From Acidimicrobiia bacterium (lineage in GTDB: Bacteria; Actinomycetota; Acidimicrobiia; Spongiisociales; ZC4RG35): 64,000 nucleotides of DNA. This document shows, piece after piece, positions 56,799 to 64,000 of this stretch. Position numbers and translations under genes: made by a program. Positions within the stretch are counted from its first letter, which is position 1; each line of letters begins with the position of its first letter. The DNA lies in assembly GCA_036556665.1 (NCBI GenBank), contig DATBIX010000077.1:9257-73256 (forward strand). Direction: 5' to 3'. The notes below the pieces were generated by a model. The model searched no databases, was not told the DNA's origin, and worked only from the letters and a program-made list of their open reading frames with translations.

Positions 56799-57401
56799 AT
56801 GCCCATCATCTCGCGCGGATTCCGGGGCCGAAGGCCTGAGGTCGATCCCTCCCGAGTCCCCCCTGGGCAATACGTCACGTTCGACTTCCCGGTGCTGTCG
56901 GCGGGGCCGACGCCAAGGACGCCTCTCGACCAGTGGACCTTCCAGATCGTCGGCGCGATCGATGAGCCACGCACCTGGACCTGGGCCGAGCTCGATACGC
57001 TGCCCCAGGAAACCGTGACGGTGGACATCCACTGTGTCACCAAGTGGTCGAAGCTCGACACGACATGGAGCGGAGTGTCGCTGGACACCCTGCTCGAGGG
57101 TGTGGAGACGCAGGCGACCCACGTGATGGCGTTCAGCGACGGTGGCTACACCACCAACCTTCCCTATCCTGATCTGGTCGGGGGAAAGGCATGGGTGGCC
57201 ACCTCCTATGACGGAGAGCCCCTTCACCCCGAGCATGGTGGGCCGGCGCGGCTGCTGGTGCCGCATCTGTACTTCTGGAAGAGCGCCAAATGGGTTCGAG
57301 GCCTCGAGCTCCTCGCCCAGGATCAACCGGGTTTCTGGGAGCGGTACGGGTACCACAACTACGGAGACCCATGGAAGGAACAGCGATACTGGGGCGACTG
57401 A
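56799..57401 (+). CDS. Sulfite-oxidase-fold molybdopterin-dependent oxidoreductase (small, cytoplasmic, MsrP/YedY-like catalytic domain)
   Basis: VTVDIHCVTKWSKLDTTWSGVSL (Mo-ligand Cys region) and GGPARLLVPHLYFWKSAKWVRGLEL. No Tat or signal peptide was seen. Confidence 0.8.
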   Translation: MPIISRGFRGRRPEVDPSRVPPGQYVTFDFPVLSAGPTPRTPLDQWTFQIVGAIDEPRTWTWAELDTLPQETVTVDIHCVTKWSKLDTTWSGVSLDTLLEGVETQATHVMAFSDGGYTTNLPYPDLVGGKAWVATSYDGEPLHPEHGGPARLLVPHLYFWKSAKWVRGLELLAQDQPGFWERYGYHNYGDPWKEQRYWGD

Positions 57402-58111
57402 ACTGGCTCGAGGCGAAGGTCGTCGACAAGAGGCTGGAGACCCCCCGGGTCTGCAGCATCGTTTTCGAGTGTCCCATGTGGGAGGGTCACATGGCCGGCC
57501 AGCACGTCGACATCAGGCTCACTGCCGAGGACGGCTATCAGGCCCAGCGCAGCTACTCGATCGCCTCGGCCCCGGAGGACGAGCATCTCGTGCTCACCGT
57601 GGAGCGTCTGCAAGACGGGGAGGTCTCGCCCTATCTGTTCGACGTGCTCGAACCGGGTGATCTGCTCGAGATGAGGGGGCCGATCGGGCGCTACTTCGTG
57701 TGGGACCGGATCGACGACCTTCCCGTGCTCATGATCGCGGGGGGCTCCGGCGTCGTGCCGTTCCGTTCAATGATCCGTCACCGAGCCGCGACAGGCAGCC
57801 GGGCCCCGTTCCGGCTCCTCTTCTCGGTGCGTAGCTACGACGAGCTCATCTACAAGGAAGAGTTTGATGGGTCATCCGACCAGGTGGACGTCAGGCTCAC
57901 CCTCACCCGGGAGCATCCCCCGGGTTGGACGGGCTATTCCCGCCGCATCGACACCGCCATGCTGTCCGAGGTCGCCTGGCCGCCCGATCGAGAGTCGGCG
58001 ATCTACATATGCGGGCCAACCTCGTTCGTCGAGGTCGCGGCCAACAGCCTGATGGATCTGGGTCACGAGATGACGTGGATCAAGACCGAACGGTTCGGCC
58101 CCACCGGCTGA
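57371..58111 (+). CDS. Ferredoxin-NADP reductase-like FAD/NAD(P)-binding oxidoreductase
   Basis: RSYSIAS (RxYS FAD motif), MRGPIGRYF and LMIAGGSGVVPF (NAD-binding) motifs. The only plausible start, ATG 57371, overlaps the upstream gene by 31 nt. Confidence 0.8.
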   Translation: MEGTAILGRLNWLEAKVVDKRLETPRVCSIVFECPMWEGHMAGQHVDIRLTAEDGYQAQRSYSIASAPEDEHLVLTVERLQDGEVSPYLFDVLEPGDLLEMRGPIGRYFVWDRIDDLPVLMIAGGSGVVPFRSMIRHRAATGSRAPFRLLFSVRSYDELIYKEEFDGSSDQVDVRLTLTREHPPGWTGYSRRIDTAMLSEVAWPPDRESAIYICGPTSFVEVAANSLMDLGHEMTWIKTERFGPTG

Positions 58112-58114
58112 GTC

Positions 58115-58519
58115 TCAGAAGTCGAACCTCCCGGCGAAATGGCCGGAGACATCGGGCCGCGTCGCCTGATAGATGGCCACCCTCTGGCCACCGGGCGCCC
58201 GGAAAGAGGAGCAGGGGCCCTGCGGGATCTCGAAGACCGACTCGCGGTCCCAACCCGCCTCCTCGAGACTGCTCAGGGTTGTATCGAGATCGACCACCCG
58301 GAAGATCATGATCGGGGCCTCGCCTTCCACGTGGTCGGTGAAGAGGAGATGGGGCGGGCCGGGTGTCATCTCGATCATCGCAACCCGGGTGCTCCACTCT
58401 TCGATTGCGAAGACGACCCGGCCACCCATGACCTTCGAGAAGTAGGTGGCATCCCGTGCCACGTCGGTCGAGGGGATGTAGAGGAAGTCGAGCGATTCGA
58501 AAGGGAGCGGGTCGGTCAT
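58115..58519 (-). CDS. VOC/glyoxalase-fold family protein
   Basis: Size (134 aa) and a beta-alpha-beta-beta-beta-like pattern (LDFLYIPSTDVARDATYF...). Weak family assignment. Confidence 0.6.
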   Translation of the reverse strand: MTDPLPFESLDFLYIPSTDVARDATYFSKVMGGRVVFAIEEWSTRVAMIEMTPGPPHLLFTDHVEGEAPIMIFRVVDLDTTLSSLEEAGWDRESVFEIPQGPCSSFRAPGGQRVAIYQATRPDVSGHFAGRFDF

Positions 58520-58546
58520 CGGCCCCGGGTCACAGGGCCGGCCTGC

Positions 58547-59587
58547 TCAGAGGTCGAGGCCTCGCACCAGGAAGGCGGCCATCTGCCCTCTGGTGACGCG
58601 GTCGGCCGGGCAGAAGCGATCGTTGGCCGGCGGGTTGCAGCCCTCGGTGATGCCGGCGGCGGCCAGCTTCTCGATGGAGTCCTCGAAGATCGAGTTGTCG
58701 TCGTCGACGAAATCGGTGCCACCGCCTGCGGTGAGGGGGAGGCCGCGGACCAGGAAGGCGGCCATCATCTCACGGGTCACGTACTGATCGGGGCAGAACC
58801 TCGTGTTGGCGGGCGGGTTGCAGCCGTGGGTGATCCCGGCAGCGGCCAGCCTCTCGATGGCGTCCTCGAACACCGAGCCGTCATCGTCGCTGAAATCGAT
58901 CCCACCGGAACTGCCGAGGCCGAGCCCTCGCACGAGGAAGGCCGCCATCATCCCCCTGGTGACGTACTCGTCAGGGCAGAACCGGTCGTTGGCGGGCGGG
59001 TTGCACCCCAGGGTGATGCCGGATGCAGCCAGCTTCTCGATGGCCCCCTCGAAGATGGAGTCGTCGTCGTCCCAGAAGCGCCCATTCGACTCTGGCGTGT
59101 AACTGTTGGCGCTGAAGAAGAGTTGGGTCACCCATTCGCCCGAGCCGTCGATGTGGGCGCCGAGGGCCACCCACTCGAAGTTCGGGTTGAGGATGTTGGC
59201 CCTGTGCCCCGGCGAGTTCATCAGCATGTCATGCACCCGGGAGCACGGGGCGTCGGGGTCGCCCCACATGGCGATGTTCTCACCCCAGGTCCACCATGTG
59301 TTGGGGAGTATCTGCTGACGCCTCGAATCCGACATGTGCTGGAAGGTGTTCTCCCGCATCCACTTCGAGTACTCGCGTACCGCGGGCACCAGATCGATGG
59401 CCATCGCTACCGGTGGGGCGCCGGCGGAATGTCGGGCGTCGTTGATCGACTGGAGCAGGCAGTTCTCGTAGGCTCCGGCGGCTTGGGCAGCCTCGGCCCG
59501 CGGAGTAGCGATGAGCAGGGCGGACGCGACGATGAGGACGACCAGCGTCAGTCGCCCGTACCTGACGTTGCCTGCGGTTGACTCCAT
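58547..59587 (-). CDS. Secreted CAP/SCP (PR-1-like, YkwD-like) domain protein with three C-terminal Cys-containing SLH-like repeats
   Basis: Signal peptide LTLVVLIVASALLIATPRAEA. CAP motif NSPGHRANILNPNFEWVALGAH. Three repeats follow the pattern F.DDD.S(I/V)FE..IE.LAAAGIT.GCNPPAN.RFCP...VTR..MAAFLVRGL. Confidence 0.8.
   Translation of the reverse strand: MESTAGNVRYGRLTLVVLIVASALLIATPRAEAAQAAGAYENCLLQSINDARHSAGAPPVAMAIDLVPAVREYSKWMRENTFQHMSDSRRQQILPNTWWTWGENIAMWGDPDAPCSRVHDMLMNSPGHRANILNPNFEWVALGAHIDGSGEWVTQLFFSANSYTPESNGRFWDDDDSIFEGAIEKLAASGITLGCNPPANDRFCPDEYVTRGMMAAFLVRGLGLGSSGGIDFSDDDGSVFEDAIERLAAAGITHGCNPPANTRFCPDQYVTREMMAAFLVRGLPLTAGGGTDFVDDDNSIFEDSIEKLAAAGITEGCNPPANDRFCPADRVTRGQMAAFLVRGLDL
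58550..59077 (-). repeat. Three tandem coding repeats of about 180-185 bp (59-61 aa) inside the CAP-domain gene
   Basis: Protein repeats span aa 171-229, 230-290 and 291-346 of the ORF. They are also visible as recurring GCCGGCGGGTTGCA / GGTGATGCC / CTTCTCGATGG blocks in the DNA. Confidence 0.85.
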
Positions 59588-59677
59588 GTGCCCTTGTCGA
59601 GAAGGAGGCTGTTACCCCAACCATCGGCGGCCGAAACAAAGCGCTTTAGCGTTTCGATGAAAGGGGGCCGACCGAAC

Positions 59678-60505
59678 CTAGTCGTCGTCTCCTGCGGCGT
59701 GCCGGGCGGTCGGTTGTGAGGACTTGGCTGTCACCCCGCGGGCCACCACGACCACCCCGACCACGATCACGGCCAGGGACACCCAGGCATTGCGGCTGAG
59801 ACCGACGAAGCGGAACGTCGTGTCGGTTCGAATCAGCTCGAGCAGGAAGCGCATGACGGCGTAACCGATCATGTACACGCCGATCAGCCGGCCCCGCAGG
59901 ACCGGGTAGCGCTTGTCCAGCCAGATGATCAGCCCGCATAAGGCGAAGTTCCAGAGAGATTCGTAGAGGAAGGTCGGGTGGAACGTCTCCGCGTCGGGGA
60001 AGGCCTCGGGCCGGTATTGGGGGGCGATCTCGAGCCCCCACGGCAGGTTGGTCGGTGTCCCGAAGAGCTCCTGGTTGAAATAGTTGCCCCATCGCCCGAA
60101 CGCCTGGGCCAGCGGGATGGCAGGGGCGAGCGAGTCGAGGAACATCGGTAGGTCGCCTCCCCAACGCCTCATCAGGACGACGACGACGACGGCGCCCGCG
60201 GCCAGACCCCCGAACAGGGCGATCCCGCCCTCCCAGATGGCGATCACCTTCCACCATTCCCCGTCGAACCTGGACAGGTGGGTCGAGACGTAGGCGACTC
60301 GTGCACCGACGAACCCGAAGACGACCATCCAGAGGAGAACCTTGTCGGCGAGGGCGGGGTCGCCGCCTCTATCCCGATACCTCCGGACCGTGAGTCTCCA
60401 TCCGAGGAGGACTCCAATGGCGATCAGAATCCCGTAGAAGTTGACCCGCAGCGGCCCCAGGTCGAATCCGTTCATCGGCGGCGATGGGATAGATGCAAGG
60501 ACCAC
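59678..60505 (-). CDS. lgt: Prolipoprotein diacylglyceryl transferase
   Basis: IPSPPMNGFDLGPLRVNFYGILIAIG, GARVAYV, WEGGIALFGG and AFGRWGNYFNQELFG are canonical Lgt motifs. GTG start. Confidence 0.93.
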   Translation of the reverse strand: MVLASIPSPPMNGFDLGPLRVNFYGILIAIGVLLGWRLTVRRYRDRGGDPALADKVLLWMVVFGFVGARVAYVSTHLSRFDGEWWKVIAIWEGGIALFGGLAAGAVVVVVLMRRWGGDLPMFLDSLAPAIPLAQAFGRWGNYFNQELFGTPTNLPWGLEIAPQYRPEAFPDAETFHPTFLYESLWNFALCGLIIWLDKRYPVLRGRLIGVYMIGYAVMRFLLELIRTDTTFRFVGLSRNAWVSLAVIVVGVVVVARGVTAKSSQPTARHAAGDDD

Positions 60506-60592
60506 CGGGAGACGGTATCGGCGGTTTTCGTCCTATCCACAGCCCCGTAAGACCCTGGATAGGGTTTCCCGGTCAATCGAAGGAGAAGAGGA

Positions 60593-61540
60593 TTGGGCTC
60601 AGCGACTGGGGCAAGCGCTCACGGTTGTTGTTCCCCGTCGGCGGCTCGGCCAAGCACCGCGGCAGAACTGAGAGGTGATCCAACCGGCAGCACCGATGGC
60701 ATGGTGAGGCTCGAGGGCGGGATGTTCCTCATGGGCCATAACGGCTCCTACGGCTATCCCGACGACGGGGAGGGCCCGATGCACCCGGTCGAGGTCAGCC
60801 CGTTCTGGATCGACCCGGTGACTGTCAGCAATGCGCGCTTCCTCGAGTTCACCGAGGCAACAGGACACGTGACCGATGCCGAGGCGTTTGGCTGGTCCTT
60901 CGTGTTCGCCGGCTTCCTGCCAGACGACTTCCCGCCGACCCGGGCGTCGGCCCAGGCGCCGTGGTGGCGGGTCGTCGAGGGCGCCGACTGGCGACATCCC
61001 GAGGGCCCGCAGTCGGAGATCGGGGACCGGTCGGGCCACCCGGTGGTTCATGTCAGCTGGAACGACGCCGTGGCCTACTGCAATTGGTCCGGCCTGAGCC
61101 TTCCCAGCGAGGCGGGATGGGAGTACGCAGCGCGGGGCGGAATGGTTCAGAAGCGGTTCCCGTGGGGCAACCAGAGGGAGCCGGACGGGGAGCACCGCAT
61201 GAACGTATGGCAGGGCGAATTCCCCGCGAACAACACGGTCGAGGACGGTTATGCCGGCACCGCCCCGGTCGACTCGTTCCAGCCCAACGGCTACGGGTTG
61301 TACAACACCACCGGGAACGTGTGGGAGTGGTGCTCGGACTGGTTCGACCCGGAGGCCTATCGAATCGACACGGGGCCGGACCCGACCGGCCCCGACCAGG
61401 GAACCCACCGGGTCATGCGTGGGGGGTCCTACCTTTGTCACGAGTCCTACTGCTATCGCTACCGGGTCGACGCTCGAAGCGCCAACACCCCTGACTCGTC
61501 GGCAGGGAACATCGGGTTTCGAGTGGCACGCGGGGAGTAG
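60593..61540 (+). CDS. Formylglycine-generating enzyme (SUMF1/FGE-sulfatase domain) family protein
   Basis: HPVVHVSWNDAVAYCNWSGLSLPSEAGWEYAARGG, NVWQGEFP, GNVWEWCSDWF and RGGSYLCHESYCYRYRVDARS (active-site Cys pair) closely resemble actinobacterial FGEs. The TTG 60593 start sits 7 nt after AGGAG; ATG 60701 is an alternative. Confidence 0.88.
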   Translation: MGSATGASAHGCCSPSAARPSTAAELRGDPTGSTDGMVRLEGGMFLMGHNGSYGYPDDGEGPMHPVEVSPFWIDPVTVSNARFLEFTEATGHVTDAEAFGWSFVFAGFLPDDFPPTRASAQAPWWRVVEGADWRHPEGPQSEIGDRSGHPVVHVSWNDAVAYCNWSGLSLPSEAGWEYAARGGMVQKRFPWGNQREPDGEHRMNVWQGEFPANNTVEDGYAGTAPVDSFQPNGYGLYNTTGNVWEWCSDWFDPEAYRIDTGPDPTGPDQGTHRVMRGGSYLCHESYCYRYRVDARSANTPDSSAGNIGFRVARGE

Positions 61541-61566
61541 GTTCCCGGGCCGACGAAGGAGGATCG

Positions 61567-61977
61567 ATGACGGATAACGACCGCCCACCCACCGGGATAT
61601 CAGGATCCGAGATGGCAGCGGGCATCGGAGTGATGTTCGCTGCGACGATGATGATCGTCGTCGGCATATTCCAGATCTTCCAGGGTCTGGCCGCGATCAT
61701 GAACGACGAGTTCTTCGTCCCGGTGGCCGACTACGTGCTCGACGCCTCCTCATGGGGATGGGTGCATCTGATCCTGGGAGTGGTGGTGACGATCGCCGGC
61801 TTCTACCTCTTCTCGGGAAGCCGGGCGGCGGCGATCCTGGCGATGACCTTTGCCTCGCTCAGCGCCGTCGCCAACTTCGCCTTCATCCCCTTCTTCCCGT
61901 TCTGGTCGGTCCTGATAATCGCGGTTGATGTGTTCGTGATCTGGGCGATCACCAAGTCCAGCATCTGGGAAGAGTGA
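61567..61977 (+). CDS. Small membrane protein (DUF7144-like)
   Basis: FQIFQGLAAIMNDEFFV...WGWVHLILGVVVTIAGFYLF...FIPFFPFWSVLIIAVDVFVIWAI. AGGAGGA lies upstream of the ATG. Confidence 0.7.
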   Translation: MTDNDRPPTGISGSEMAAGIGVMFAATMMIVVGIFQIFQGLAAIMNDEFFVPVADYVLDASSWGWVHLILGVVVTIAGFYLFSGSRAAAILAMTFASLSAVANFAFIPFFPFWSVLIIAVDVFVIWAITKSSIWEE

Positions 61978-61992
61978 GGGCGGCGGCCGGGC

Positions 61993-62532
61993 TCAGTCCA
62001 GGCAGAAGGTCTGCACCACCCCGACGGCGCCTTCGACGCCTCGGGCCCGGAACGCCTCCAGCGCAGAGTCGGCGTCGTCCTCTGTGTTGAAGTAGACGCT
62101 GACCGTGTAGAAGTGCCCGTCTTCTTCGGGGCGGCCCAGGATGGTCGCCGCACCGAAGTCGCAGTCGGTTGCCCCGGTCACGTAGCCCGCATCTTGGGCT
62201 GCCGACTCGGCTGTCAGCAGCTCGGTCGAATCGATGTCCTCGGAGGCGGCGAGGACTACGGCCCATGTGTCACCGCCATGCTCGAGCTCGGTCCGCCCCG
62301 GAGGGAACGGTGGCAGCGTGATCGTGGTGCTGGAGACGAGAAGCGTGGTGGTGGCCGTCGCACCGGTGGTGGTCGTGGCCTCCGTGGTAGTGGTGGGCTC
62401 CGGCGTGATCACGGTGGTCTCGACCACGGTGGTCGACTCGGTCGGTGCGGGGGTCGTGGGGGCGGATTCCTCGCCTGCACAGGAGATGAGCACCAATGCC
62501 AATGCGGTCGCCCCCGCGGTTCGGGATCTCAT
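61993..62532 (-). CDS. Lipoprotein with a Thr/Pro-rich linker and a small C-terminal alpha/beta domain (possibly SPOR-like)
   Basis: Lipobox LVLISCAGE and about 55 aa of Thr-rich linker. The C-terminal WAVVLAAS...GHFYTVSVYFNTEDDADSALEAFRARG pattern is reminiscent of SPOR domains. Start at MRSRTAG (62532). Confidence 0.6.
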   Translation of the reverse strand: MRSRTAGATALALVLISCAGEESAPTTPAPTESTTVVETTVITPEPTTTTEATTTTGATATTTLLVSSTTITLPPFPPGRTELEHGGDTWAVVLAASEDIDSTELLTAESAAQDAGYVTGATDCDFGAATILGRPEEDGHFYTVSVYFNTEDDADSALEAFRARGVEGAVGVVQTFCLD

Positions 62533-62615
62533 AACCAGGTCAGGCCTCCCGTTGCTCGAGTCAGTATGCCCGCGTCGCAGTCGAGCAGTGGCCTCCCGTC
62601 CTGCCGTGGTGATGA

Positions 62616-63185
62616 TCAGGCAGGGGAGGGCGAGGCAAGTCCGGCGTCGCTGGTCGCCATGTACTCGCGATGGCCCAGGTTCATGGTCTTGATCCACCTC
62701 TGTTGACCGAGGGTCAGACCGATGAAGAACCCCAACTCGACCAGCTCCGGCTCGGTGAAATGCCGGTGGAGGTCCTCCCACAATCGGTCGTCCGCCAACC
62801 CGGCGTCCCATGCGATCGCCTGGGCGTAACGCAAGGCGGTTCGCTCCCTGTCGTCGTACTTATCCGATCTCTCGAAGTCGACCAACTCGTCGACCTTGAT
62901 CTCGTTGACCACCGATCGGGCCAACTCGGAGCGTTGTGCCCCGCAGTACTCGCAGTCGACCGTCTTGGAGACATAAAGCCGGCAGAGCTCCTTGATCGCG
63001 TTGTCGAGAACCCCGTCCTCGAACGTCGCCAGCCAGGCCTCTGAGAATGCACGAAGCACGGCAGGCACATGTGCCCTGACCGCCTGGCTCTCGGGACGCG
63101 GGGTCCCGTGGTCGCGGGCATGGTCCAGATAGCGCCGCGACGACTCGTCGAGGTGCTCATAGGGGCGGTAGCTGATTCTCGGCAT
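62616..63185 (-). CDS. Carboxymuconolactone decarboxylase (AhpD-like) family protein
   Basis: ELCRLYVSKTVDCEYCGAQR (CxxC in the AhpD-like fold) and ALRYAQAIAWD. Confidence 0.75.
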   Translation of the reverse strand: MPRISYRPYEHLDESSRRYLDHARDHGTPRPESQAVRAHVPAVLRAFSEAWLATFEDGVLDNAIKELCRLYVSKTVDCEYCGAQRSELARSVVNEIKVDELVDFERSDKYDDRERTALRYAQAIAWDAGLADDRLWEDLHRHFTEPELVELGFFIGLTLGQQRWIKTMNLGHREYMATSDAGLASPSPA

Positions 63186-63353
63186 CGATTTGTGTCCTTT
63201 CTCGAGCCGTCACTCCTCGGGGGGAAACCGCCTCCTCGAAGTCAGAGCTCCTCGGTGGCCCGGACCAACTCCCGGCGCCGAGCTCGACCGAGGGTGAAGG
63301 CCCGCTGCAGCGGAGGAGTCTACAAAGACGTGCAGACGATCTCAGGGGCTGCG

Positions 63354-64000
63354 TCACACCAGGGGCACCGAGAAGCGAACTCTCCCTCCCGGCCCCTCTT
63401 CGATGGTGATGGTCCCACCGTGAGCTTCCACGATGCCCTTGGCAATGGCCAGGCCCAGTCCGGCGCCACCCGACTCCCGGCTACGGGAATCGTCGACGCG
63501 GGTGAAGTGGTCGAAGGCCCGGTCCCTGACCTCGGCCGCAAATCCGGGCCCCTGGTCGACGACTGTGATCTCGGCGAGCTCACCGTTCCTGTCGACGATG
63601 ACGCCCACCTCGCCAGACTCCGGTGAATGACGGACGGCGTTGGCGAGCAGGTTCCGAAAGACCCGGCTCAGCGCGGCCGGGTCGCCCTTCACCCCGACGT
63701 GCCCTGGGGTGACCACCTTGAGACCGACCCGGCGGCGTGCCGCCACCGGCGTGACGGCCTCGACCGCTTCGTCGGCCAGTTCGGCGAGGTCTACGGTGAC
63801 CGGAGAGATCTCCAGCCTTCCTGCATCGATCCGGGAGAGCAGGAATAGGTCCTCGACGAGGAGCCGGAGGTGCTCGAGGTCGTTGGACAGGCCGCGCAGG
63901 TAAGCGGGTGGGTCCGGCGCCACCCCGTCCTGGAGCGCTTCGACTGCTGCCTGCATCGAGCCCAGAGGGGTGCGAAGGTCGTGGCCGATGGCGGATAGGA
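63354..64000 (-). CDS. Sensor histidine kinase, C-terminal part (the 5' end lies outside the window)
   Basis: The frame is open to the window edge. H-box LSAIGHDLRTPL (nt 63960-63998), N-box NLLANAVRHSP, G1 DQGPGF and G2 GGAGLGLAIAKG. Confidence 0.9.
   Translation of the reverse strand, partial: LSAIGHDLRTPLGSMQAAVEALQDGVAPDPPAYLRGLSNDLEHLRLLVEDLFLLSRIDAGRLEISPVTVDLAELADEAVEAVTPVAARRRVGLKVVTPGHVGVKGDPAALSRVFRNLLANAVRHSPESGEVGVIVDRNGELAEITVVDQGPGFAAEVRDRAFDHFTRVDDSRSRESGGAGLGLAIAKGIVEAHGGTITIEEGPGGRVRFSVPLV

Noticed and set aside
58550-59077. Regularly spaced repeats that might suggest a CRISPR-like or minisatellite array.
   Set aside because: The repeats are about 180 bp, in frame, and encode three copies of a protein domain inside a single ORF. 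There is no spacer/repeat structure.
1-64000. A search for mobile elements, prophage, defence islands, tRNA/rRNA genes and compositionally foreign segments.
   Set aside because: No integrase, transposase, recombinase, terminal inverted repeats, phage structural genes, nuclease/helicase defence modules or cloverleaf-capable intergenic regions were seen. All intergenic gaps are under 290 nt, and composition looks uniform apart from short AT-rich promoter patches.

Overview
The window is a GC-rich (roughly two-thirds G+C by eye), very densely coded chromosomal segment with Actinomycetota-like features: frequent GTG/TTG starts, many ATGA/GTGA stop-start overlaps, lipoproteins with Thr/Pro-rich linkers, and long spurious antisense ORFs. 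I can support about 65 protein-coding genes. I found no rRNA, tRNA, CRISPR array, transposase, integrase or obvious prophage or defence island. Content is mostly core and accessory metabolism and envelope functions:
- transketolase with two flavoenzymes
- an ECF sigma factor translationally coupled to an unusual Ogt/Ada-Zn fusion protein
- an MFS exporter and an aldehyde dehydrogenase
- a stand-alone LigD-type polymerase and a LigC-like ATP-dependent ligase, separated by a four-gene double ABC-2 transporter
- a coiled-coil lytic transglycosylase, RidA and MsrA
- two tandem S41 peptidase lipoproteins
- an amidohydrolase-Maf-membrane protein-thioesterase-Dus operon
- hutG-like and hutU genes and a DrrAB-like exporter
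- a PabB-PabC fusion
- deoD plus a purine permease behind a structured 200-nt leader
- an imelysin / di-haem (DUF1111) / imelysin / HTTM (vitamin-K carboxylase-like) lipoprotein operon divergent from ferritin
- a class III cyclase, a Mo-oxidoreductase/flavin reductase pair, a CAP-domain protein with three Cys-containing SLH-like repeats, lgt, an orphan formylglycine-generating enzyme, and a truncated histidine kinase

The candidates most worth follow-up are the sigma-Ogt/Ada module, the HTTM-linked iron cluster with its AT-rich operator-like inverted repeat, and the tandemly duplicated leader upstream of the purine permease. All functional calls rest on motif and family recognition by eye. No database search was run.
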